Source: an uncultured Spirochaetota bacterium (lineage in GTDB: Bacteria; Spirochaetota; Brevinematia; Brevinematales; JAOACQ01). Taken from it: DNA of 64,000 nt. The translations under genes were made by a program, and so were the position numbers. Within the stretch, counting starts at the first letter, position 1. Every line of letters starts with the position of its first letter. Positions 56,312 through 64,000 of the stretch are shown one piece after another. The DNA lies in contig CAVYGN010000001.1 in the NCBI GenBank assembly GCA_963768055.1, positions 1,504,001 to 1,568,000 of the forward strand. The letters are read 5' to 3'. A model generated the notes under the pieces. That model was not told the origin of the DNA, did not search any database, and saw only the letters and a list, made by a program, of their open reading frames with translations.

Positions 56312-57940
56312 CTAATTGAATTCTATTAAAGAAGGCTCATAATCTTCCGGTTTTTCATAGCCCAGAAGGTTGCAAATGGTAGCCGCGACGTTAGCGAGCC
56401 CCTTATGAGGGAGCGCAGACATTATATACTCGTTATTATAATTCGGGTCGGCTATCGCGAATGGGACCGGGTTCAGCGTATGGGATGTTTTTACCTCCCT
56501 GACCCCGTTCTTCTCGATGAACATCTCGTCAGAATTTCCATGGTCTGCGGTCACTATTGTTATTCCACCAAGCGCATTTACCGTATCGACGAGCCTGCCT
56601 ACGCATTCGGAAACGCATTCTACAGCGGCTACCGCGGCGCTCATAATCCCTGTATGACCGACCATATCTCCGTTGGCAAAATTAAGTCTTCCGAATCTGT
56701 ATTTCCCTGATTTAAGCAATTCAATGGTTTTCTCGGTAATCTCATATGCCTTCATCTTAGGGGTCTTATCGAATTGAACCCTGTCCGATGGAATTTCAAT
56801 GTAAGTTTCAAGGGATTCGTCGATATACCCTGAATTATTGCCGTTCCAGAAATAGGTAACGTGCCCGAATTTTTGCGTTTCGGAAATTGCGAAAGAGGTT
56901 ACCTTTTGGGCGCAGAGGTATTGGCCTACAGTCCGGTCGATTTCAGGAGGATTGACAAGAAAATTTTTCGGCAGATGAAGGTCCCCGTCATATTCCATCA
57001 TTCCGGCATAAAAAACATCCGGTTTTCTGCGTCGTTCGAATCCCTTGAAATCTTCGTATTCGAACGACATGGAAATTTCAATGGCCCTGTCTCCGCGAAA
57101 ATTAAAAAACACGACACTGTCTCCGTCATTTATCGTTCCCGCCGGAACGCCTTTATCTGCTATGACAAAAGACGGCAGATATTGATCGGTTATAGCCGGG
57201 TCTTCCCTGTAATAAGTCTCGACGGCTTCCCCGGCCGATGAGAACTGTCTTCCGATCCCGAGGACATGCGCGTTCCACCCTCTTTCGACTACGCTCCAGT
57301 CGGCAAAATACCTGTCCATAGTTGTTACCATTCTGCCTCCGCCGGAGGCTATTTTATAATCGAATCCTTTATCAGAGTTTATTTTTTTGAGGACATTTTC
57401 AAGTTTATCTATGTATGCCAGGGCTGATTTTTCAGGCACATCCCTCCCGTCAAGAAGGACATGCACCCTGACATGCGCTACATTTTCGTCTGAGGCTTTG
57501 TGGAGCATTGCGAACAGCTGCTCTATATGCGAATGAACATTGCCGTCGGATAACAGCCCGATAAAATGCAGTATATGGCCGTTACTGCAGCAGCCGGAAA
57601 CAAGCCTTTTCCAGGTTTCATTTTTAAATATGCTGCCGTCGCCGATAGCAAGGTTGACCCTTTTAGCGCCCTGGGCAAATACCCTGCCCGCTCCAAGAGC
57701 ATTATGGCCTACTTCGCTATTGCCCATATCGTCGTCCGAAGGCAGGCCGACAGCCTTGCCATGGGCCTGGAGGGTCGTGTAAAGCGGGCCCTTAAAGAGC
57801 TTATCAAGAGCGGGTTTTTTTGCCATATATACGGCGTTTCCCGGATATTCCCTCCCTATGCCTACACCGTCCATTATTATCAATAGAAGGGGTCCCTTTC
57901 TACCCTGAAACTTTATTAATCTATTAAGTTTAAATCCCAT
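56312..57940 (-). CDS. gpmI: 2,3-bisphosphoglycerate-independent phosphoglycerate mutase
   Basis: MGNSEVGH, LSDGNVHSH, DGRDV, NFRGDR, NGDMVGHTG, TADHGN. Confidence 0.97.
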   Translation of the reverse strand: MGFKLNRLIKFQGRKGPLLLIIMDGVGIGREYPGNAVYMAKKPALDKLFKGPLYTTLQAHGKAVGLPSDDDMGNSEVGHNALGAGRVFAQGAKRVNLAIGDGSIFKNETWKRLVSGCCSNGHILHFIGLLSDGNVHSHIEQLFAMLHKASDENVAHVRVHVLLDGRDVPEKSALAYIDKLENVLKKINSDKGFDYKIASGGGRMVTTMDRYFADWSVVERGWNAHVLGIGRQFSSAGEAVETYYREDPAITDQYLPSFVIADKGVPAGTINDGDSVVFFNFRGDRAIEISMSFEYEDFKGFERRRKPDVFYAGMMEYDGDLHLPKNFLVNPPEIDRTVGQYLCAQKVTSFAISETQKFGHVTYFWNGNNSGYIDESLETYIEIPSDRVQFDKTPKMKAYEITEKTIELLKSGKYRFGRLNFANGDMVGHTGIMSAAVAAVECVSECVGRLVDTVNALGGITIVTADHGNSDEMFIEKNGVREVKTSHTLNPVPFAIADPNYNNEYIMSALPHKGLANVAATICNLLGYEKPEDYEPSLIEFN

Positions 57941-58005
57941 AACTTCCTCCAAATTACAGCACAAGTACCCGTAATTTTAAATGATCGGGGGTTTTATATC
58001 AAAAA

Positions 58006-59643
58006 TTACACCTGTTCCATCATTATCATCCCCCTGACATCTTCAAGAAAATCCCCGAGTTCGGCAGAATCTGCAAAATTCCCGACAATTTCAAAAAGTT
58101 TCGACCTCTGGGTATGTTTCCAGTCGGCCATAGTCGCTGAAATCCCTTTTAAAATAAAGGATACCCCCTGAACCGATACATGACCCATAGTTTTCACGAT
58201 TATCTCGCTGCAAAGTTCGGAAATAAAAAATGTATCTACGTAAGAACCCAGGACATCCTGAATAGGCGGAAGCAGATCGTAAAATTTTTTTTCTTTCGAA
58301 GATAATAAACCGGAAAAAAAATCGATCGAATACCTTAATTTCTTAAAACGAATTCTCATTTTATGGATTGATTCGTCGGAAGCGTTCTCGTAATTCTTAA
58401 CGAACATCTCGGCGGATTTGACCGTTTCTCCCGCGCTTCGCAAAAGAATTTCCCGTACGGTTTTTCTTGTAATATCCCCGGATACGCTCATATAATCGCG
58501 CCTCAGGAAACCGTTTTTTATTAAATTATCCGTCCGTTCGAGGAAATGTTTGAAGCGGTAGGAATGCAGCATTGAAAGCATCTCCGTCCTCCTTTCCTCA
58601 CGAAGGTGAACTATCTCGCTGTCAATCACCTTTATCAGTTCGGTGTTGTTTCCCAGTATTTCAGCGGGAATGAATTCCTTGACCTTGCTTGAGAAAACAT
58701 CTATATCCCTTACCTTTCCTAGTACAAGAGTAATCCATCTTAAATTATTCTTCAGATAATTAAAATCGTTTGAAGTCAGTGTAAACCGGAAAAATTGCAG
58801 TGCGCTCCTGAGTTTCCTTAAGGCGACCCGCATATCATGGATATACTCGTCATCGATACCTATTTCCGCGCCGTAAAAATTTTTAAGGGCGATATTGAAA
58901 TAATATCCGAAGATCTTTTTAGCTGTAGAGGATGTAGATTCATCCCCGTTTAACTTCAATCCCGTTGTTTTTTTTAAATTAAAACCGAACCCGGCAAGAG
59001 ACCTTTCCAGTTTGTTCTTTTCCGTCGGCTTAAGGCCCGGTTCTTTCGAAATTAAAGACCCCAGCTCCCTGAAAGGCCCGTCTCCCGATCGGGCTTCCAG
59101 CAATGATTCCAGTTCAAGTTCTGTAAAATTATAAGGCATGGGGGAAAATTCCCTTCCGGCCGGCAGGAGAAGATTGGACTCAGCATGATCCAGAGTCAGC
59201 TCTGAAATATTGCCCCTGTATTTTATTTCCCATTTAGTTCTCTTATCGTTTATTGCAATAACAGCTGCCAAATCTCCCGGAATTATAAATCCGAACTGTT
59301 CTAAAAAAAAATCCCTGACCTTTTTTTCCTCAAACCTTGCAAAAGCGTCCGGCTTCTTTTCCTTTCGGTCTATTAACCATTCCGTTCTTGACAGAAAGGC
59401 GTTATCAGATTTTTTCGGCTGAAATTTAACCTCAATTTTCAAATCGTCGGAAATTCTAAGGCGGCAGCCAAACCCCGCCAGAAACAGGCTTAAATCCCTG
59501 GTGTCATAATACCGGTCGGAATACTCTTTTTCACCCAGGCATTTTATCCCGATCTTTTTCCCCGGCCTTTCCGACAGCCTGCCGATAAGGGAATCAATAT
59601 TGAAAAGTTCTCCCGTATTCCATTTAAATTCTTTCTCAAGCAT
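58006..59643 (-). CDS. CYTH + CHAD domain protein (polyphosphate/triphosphate related)
   Basis: N-terminal EKEFK, YYDT, ELELE; CHAD motifs IHDMRVALRKLRS and IHKMRIRFKKLRY. Confidence 0.9.
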   Translation of the reverse strand: MLEKEFKWNTGELFNIDSLIGRLSERPGKKIGIKCLGEKEYSDRYYDTRDLSLFLAGFGCRLRISDDLKIEVKFQPKKSDNAFLSRTEWLIDRKEKKPDAFARFEEKKVRDFFLEQFGFIIPGDLAAVIAINDKRTKWEIKYRGNISELTLDHAESNLLLPAGREFSPMPYNFTELELESLLEARSGDGPFRELGSLISKEPGLKPTEKNKLERSLAGFGFNLKKTTGLKLNGDESTSSTAKKIFGYYFNIALKNFYGAEIGIDDEYIHDMRVALRKLRSALQFFRFTLTSNDFNYLKNNLRWITLVLGKVRDIDVFSSKVKEFIPAEILGNNTELIKVIDSEIVHLREERRTEMLSMLHSYRFKHFLERTDNLIKNGFLRRDYMSVSGDITRKTVREILLRSAGETVKSAEMFVKNYENASDESIHKMRIRFKKLRYSIDFFSGLLSSKEKKFYDLLPPIQDVLGSYVDTFFISELCSEIIVKTMGHVSVQGVSFILKGISATMADWKHTQRSKLFEIVGNFADSAELGDFLEDVRGMIMMEQV

Positions 59644-59668
59644 AAAAATATCTATTACCTTTATTTAA

Positions 59669-59838
59669 GGGCACTTCTAATAACCGCCTTTTCACCGGAC
59701 AAGCCGGTACAAGCAAGGCGGATAGGTTGTGCACCTGTCCTGGTGAATGGCTCCAGGACAGGCACCAGGGCCCATTGGGCGATTTAATTATAATTAGAAC
59801 GCATAATGTAAGCAACATCGCGGTTATTGGAACCGCCC
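59669..59838. mobile_element. MITE copy M6
   Basis: TTAA|GGGCACTTCTAATAAC...TTGGAACCGCCC|TTAA; shares internal modules with M2. Confidence 0.85.
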
Positions 59839-61386
59839 TTAAATCATGAGCGATGCCTGGGCGGCAAATATCTCCATCAAACTCCGCGAGTCCACGTTTA
59901 ACGGTGACCTGGACATCACTGCTATTATGCAATTGATATCTTCGCCCTTTTTCAGGGGAACGGCATATAGATTGCCAAGATCCATCATCTTTTCTACCAA
60001 TTCCGAATCTTTGAACGATATGACTCCTCCGGAAAGTTCGAACAATCCTCCGCTTATCTGCATTATACTGTCTTTTTGAGCTGCATGGAAAAACCCGGGG
60101 CCTATTTTGACTCCGATTCCCATCAAGTCTTTTTTCAATATCTGGTGAAGGGTTTTAATATACTTGTCATTGCCCTTAATCGATTCAATTACCATTTCCC
60201 CCCCGTCATTTTGACGGTCAATGGTGATTACCAAAGAATCGGAGGCGAGATCATAGATCGCATCGGATAGTACTCCGCAAAGATCTTTTTTATTTTTTGC
60301 ATTCATTATTTCAATAATGTTTTGCCGGATTTTCCGAAAGCTCGTCGAATAGAAAATTTCATGATTTTCCATTTCCCGGTTCGAAAGGGCCATGATCCAC
60401 AGCCTGGATAGAGTTTCGATCATTACATTATCCGGAATGGTACGCGAGCGCATAAGAATTTCAACATTACCCATAAAGCCTCCCCTTTTTATAAGGCCCA
60501 GTCCGAATCTGCCGGTAAAGCTTAAAGCGCTTTCAAGTTCCAGGCAGATATCCTCCGGAAGCGCCCCGGACCACATATCATAGAGGCTCAATGGAAGCTC
60601 GACTATGCGGCCTCCGTTGTAAAGGGTTGTTTTTAGTTTGTCCAGCTTAATAAATATTCCTATCGGGGTTGTTCCCAATATCTTATTAAAGGTAAAAATG
60701 TTTTCAGGACTTCCCGAAAGGGCCTTGATCTGAACGCCCTGGTAAACATCATGGTATGAGTTTACAAAAACCAGGCAATCGCCGGCGAATTCCCTTATTT
60801 TCTGGGCCAGGAAACTATAAAGGTCTTCTTCGGGCGAAAGTTCCGTCAGAGATAGGGATGCTTTGTAAAGCAGCATTATTTTTTGGGAATATAACCTTTC
60901 TTTCTCTTCAGCCTGCTGACGGCGGGAATTTTCAAGCCTCATTTCCTCGCTATTCCTCGGATCCCTGCCGATCAGCGTAAAACCCGAATTCTTCCCCTTC
61001 GAGTCCCTTACAAGAGTGCTTGAAACTGTTACCGGAATAATTCCGCCGTCAGAGCATCGGAATTTAATTTCGAAAAACTCAGAATACTTTTCTTCAGCGG
61101 GTAAACGGAATATAGCCCCCATAACTTTATCAGGATCGTTGACAAATTCGCGGATGGATCTCCCGATGACCTCGCTTTCATTGTAGTTAAGCAGTCCGGC
61201 TGTTATACGGTTTAATTTTTTTATAATACCCTTAACATCCGTAAAGATCAAGATATCGCTTAATTTGTCAAGAAATATTCGCGGCATAAGGTTTATTGAT
61301 TTAAACCTGAAAAGGGAGATTACATAACAGGATCCAATAAACAATAATATAAGAAATGATAATATGAGAATGGAAATCAGATTCAT
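59839..61386 (-). CDS. membrane-anchored PAS + two GAF-like domain sensor with no recognisable output domain
   Basis: N-terminal TM, PAS (LIFTDVKGII..LLNYNESEVIG..LIGRD), two related GAF-like repeats. Confidence 0.7.
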   Translation of the reverse strand: MNLISILILSFLILLFIGSCYVISLFRFKSINLMPRIFLDKLSDILIFTDVKGIIKKLNRITAGLLNYNESEVIGRSIREFVNDPDKVMGAIFRLPAEEKYSEFFEIKFRCSDGGIIPVTVSSTLVRDSKGKNSGFTLIGRDPRNSEEMRLENSRRQQAEEKERLYSQKIMLLYKASLSLTELSPEEDLYSFLAQKIREFAGDCLVFVNSYHDVYQGVQIKALSGSPENIFTFNKILGTTPIGIFIKLDKLKTTLYNGGRIVELPLSLYDMWSGALPEDICLELESALSFTGRFGLGLIKRGGFMGNVEILMRSRTIPDNVMIETLSRLWIMALSNREMENHEIFYSTSFRKIRQNIIEIMNAKNKKDLCGVLSDAIYDLASDSLVITIDRQNDGGEMVIESIKGNDKYIKTLHQILKKDLMGIGVKIGPGFFHAAQKDSIMQISGGLFELSGGVISFKDSELVEKMMDLGNLYAVPLKKGEDINCIIAVMSRSPLNVDSRSLMEIFAAQASLMI

Positions 61387-61425
61387 TATCGGACCCTCGG
61401 CGCCTTGGCTGCGGGTTTATATCAT

Positions 61426-62304
61426 TTAATCGATGATCTTATTCAGGGGATATTCCACAATACCCGCCGCTCCGAGCCTTTTAAGCTCAGGGACTATATC
61501 GCGCACTATCCTTTCTTCCACGATTGTGTTAAGGGCTACCCACTCGCCGTCGGTAAGCGGACTTATGGTAGGTTTTCTCAGAGCCGGAAGAATTTTCAGG
61601 ATATCCGGCAGGTTTGTATTGGAAACGTTCAACATCAGCCCCACTTTGTTTTGAGCTTCAAGAACCGCCTGAATGAGGATGTTTATCCTTTCGATTTTAT
61701 TCTTTTTCCATGGATCAAGCCAGGACTTTGCATTAGCAATAAGCTGAGTTGTTGAGACCATCACCTCGTCTATTATGACAAGATTATTGGCCCTGAGGCT
61801 TGAACCGGTTTCCGTTATCTCTACGATGGCGTCGGCAAGTGTCGGGCATTTGACCTCGGTCGCACCCCAGCTGAATTCGACATTGGCGCTCACCCCGTTT
61901 TTAGCCAGGTATTTCTTAGTCATTTCAACCGCTTCTGTCGCTATCCTCTTGCCCTCAAGATCTTTTACGGTTTTTATCTGCGAGTCTTTCGGAGCGGCAA
62001 GGACCCAGCGTACCGGGTTAGAAGTGCTTTTCGAATAACTGAGGCCTGCAACAGCTATGACGCTGGCCTGGCTCTCGGCCACCCAGTCCATTCCGGTAAT
62101 TCCGGCGTCAAGGACGCCCTCTTCCACGTATCTTGCCATTTCCTGCGCCCTTATCATAAGCAGGGACAGTTCCGGATCGTCAACCCAGGGGTAGTAAGAA
62201 CGGGAACCTATAGTTATTGAATATCCAGCCTTTCTGAACATCGATATAGTTGCTTCTTCAAGGCTGCCCTTCGGAAGTCCGAATTTCAATATATTATCAT
62301 TCAT
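61426..62304 (-). CDS. hisG: ATP phosphoribosyltransferase (long form)
   Basis: [33 protein letters not shown]-terminal PTISPL regulatory domain. Confidence 0.96.
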   Translation of the reverse strand: MNDNILKFGLPKGSLEEATISMFRKAGYSITIGSRSYYPWVDDPELSLLMIRAQEMARYVEEGVLDAGITGMDWVAESQASVIAVAGLSYSKSTSNPVRWVLAAPKDSQIKTVKDLEGKRIATEAVEMTKKYLAKNGVSANVEFSWGATEVKCPTLADAIVEITETGSSLRANNLVIIDEVMVSTTQLIANAKSWLDPWKKNKIERINILIQAVLEAQNKVGLMLNVSNTNLPDILKILPALRKPTISPLTDGEWVALNTIVEERIVRDIVPELKRLGAAGIVEYPLNKIID

Positions 62305-62313
62305 AAAATAAAC

Positions 62314-62691
62314 CTATTTTTTATATACATTCAATGGATTGAATTTTTTTTCTTCGCCGTTGTATTCCCATGCGCCCTTTTTCCATGTTCTGAAAAAACA
62401 GCTTTCATAACCTTCATGACAGGCGGCTCCGCCCTTCTGGGTTACCCTGTAAAGCAGGGTATCATTATCGCAATCCAGAAGAACCTCTTTTATTTCCTGG
62501 CAATTTCCGGATTCCTCTCCCTTTCTCCAGAGCTTTTTCCTTGAGCGGGACCAGTAAACAGCCCTTCCGGTTTTAACGGTTTCTTCGAAAGCCTCTTTAT
62601 TGGTATAAGCGAGCATCAGGACTTTTCCGCTCGCCGCATCCTGAGTAATAACCGGAACCAGCCCGCCCATTTTATCGAAATCTATATCCAA
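62314..62691 (-). CDS. hisI: phosphoribosyl-AMP cyclohydrolase
   Basis: [30 protein letters not shown]. Confidence 0.96.
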   Translation of the reverse strand: MDIDFDKMGGLVPVITQDAASGKVLMLAYTNKEAFEETVKTGRAVYWSRSRKKLWRKGEESGNCQEIKEVLLDCDNDTLLYRVTQKGGAACHEGYESCFFRTWKKGAWEYNGEEKKFNPLNVYKK

Positions 62692-62924
62692 ATCAATCTC
62701 CTTATTAAAATCTGCCGGATATATATTTTAAGACCGGCACCGCAAAATGTCAACAGACCGGAATCGAACGATTTCTTTTTGACATTGCCAAACGAATTTT
62801 GCCCCAGGTAATTACAGATCCGGGTATGACTATTTGACTATTTTCAGGCTTTCTTCTAAAATCAATTCGGATAAGGTTATCACAATTATATTCCTTAATT
62901 TTTCCGGATCTAAATTATTTTCAG

Positions 62925-63974
62925 GTGCATAAAATGAATTATGAGGGTTTTATAGAAAGAATCAGTACCAATCAAATAGCAGGATGGGTTTATGACAGGG
63001 ATAAACCTGACGAGCCGGTAAAACTTGAGATTTTTCTTTCCGGTACCTTATTGGATGTAGTGAGCGCCGACAAATATCGCGCTGACCTTTCCAATGCCGG
63101 GAAAGGTGATGGCAGGCATGGTTTTTATTACAATTTTAATAAATCGATTGATAAATCCGATTTAAAAAATATAAAAATCAAGATATCTGGAACAAATATC
63201 AGATTCGATAATCAAAATACACTGATAGCATTTAATAAGAAAAAAAAGGGGTTCGCCTTTCTTAAATCTAGACTGGAAAAAATAATTGAATTGATCGGTT
63301 TGGATTTTAATATGAGGAATAATGCAAGTTATTTTTATATAAACGGTGAAGGAATTGAAATCGGGGCATTGCATTACCCTTTATGGGTTAAAAAGAAAGT
63401 TAAAGTCAGATATGTCGACAGGATCAGCAGGGAAGAACTGCATAAGCAATACCCTGATATGGATAATTTAGTCAGTGTCGATATAATCGACAACGGTGAG
63501 AAACTTGAGAACATAAAAGATGACTCGCTTGATTTTATTATTTGCAATCATATGCTCGAACATTGTAAAAACCCTTTGGGAACAGTTAGAAACCATCTAA
63601 ATAAAATAAAAAGCAAAGGCGTTTTGTATTATACCGTACCGGATAAAAGATTTACTTTCGATAAAGAAAGGGAATTGACAAATTTCGAACATCTTGTTCT
63701 CGATGATAAAAATGAGGGCAATGTTTCTCATTACAATCATTACTATGAATGGGTAAGGTATTGCGGCAAAATAGAAGACGAGGCAATGATAAAGGAGCGG
63801 ATCGAATCGTTAATCAAAATAAATTACAGCATACATTTTCATACCTGGGAATTATACTCTTTTTTGGATTTCCTGAATAAATCCAAAGAATATTTGGGCA
63901 ATATTTTTGAAATGGAATTATTCCAGTTTAATAAAGAAGCCGGGGAGATTATTACTATATTAAGGAAAATCTGA
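62925..63974 (+). CDS. class I SAM-dependent methyltransferase with an N-terminal beta domain seen in glycan-synthesis proteins
   Basis: GIEIGALH, DFIICNHMLEH, VPDKRFTFD; N-terminal GWVYD...YRADL...GRHGF. Confidence 0.78.
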   Translation: MHKMNYEGFIERISTNQIAGWVYDRDKPDEPVKLEIFLSGTLLDVVSADKYRADLSNAGKGDGRHGFYYNFNKSIDKSDLKNIKIKISGTNIRFDNQNTLIAFNKKKKGFAFLKSRLEKIIELIGLDFNMRNNASYFYINGEGIEIGALHYPLWVKKKVKVRYVDRISREELHKQYPDMDNLVSVDIIDNGEKLENIKDDSLDFIICNHMLEHCKNPLGTVRNHLNKIKSKGVLYYTVPDKRFTFDKERELTNFEHLVLDDKNEGNVSHYNHYYEWVRYCGKIEDEAMIKERIESLIKINYSIHFHTWELYSFLDFLNKSKEYLGNIFEMELFQFNKEAGEIITILRKI

Positions 63975-64000
63975 TTATTTTTCCAGGTGCATAATTTAGA

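Noticed and set aside
62692..62924. His attenuator or T-box upstream of hisI
   Set aside because: No His-codon leader peptide or T-box motif found.

Overview
Bacterial chromosomal window of moderate GC. It is probably from a spirochaete-like lineage; this is inferred from the Asn/Ser/Thr-rich lipoproteins and not proven. The backbone is housekeeping: dapB (partial), tldD, nickel-pincer cofactor genes larC/larB/larE with a Ni ECF transporter, gltBD, ddl-ftsQ-ftsA-ftsZ, ruvC-coaBC, tRNA-Asn, hisB/H/A-ispG, pcrA, gpmI and hisI/G. The intergenic spaces hold many small mobile or repeat elements. The most striking pattern is three divergent, AT-rich GxxExxY (PD-(D/E)XK-type nuclease) genes. Each is tightly bracketed by its own pair of inverted arms built from 8-10-nt tandem repeats, and each paralogue has a different repeat unit or period. 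One of these cassettes sits inside a second TIR pair with a perfect 8-bp target duplication and splits cbiQ from cbiO. A CopG-PIN toxin-antitoxin pair has shorter arms of the same style. Also present are a modular MITE family (GGGCRSTTCT...GCCC, TTAA-type flanks, often abutting stop codons), a GTCATTTCGAG palindromic repeat, heptamer repeats and a frameshifted NtrC/Fis remnant. I saw no CRISPR array, rRNA or transposase. All calls are from motif recognition by eye; no searches were run.
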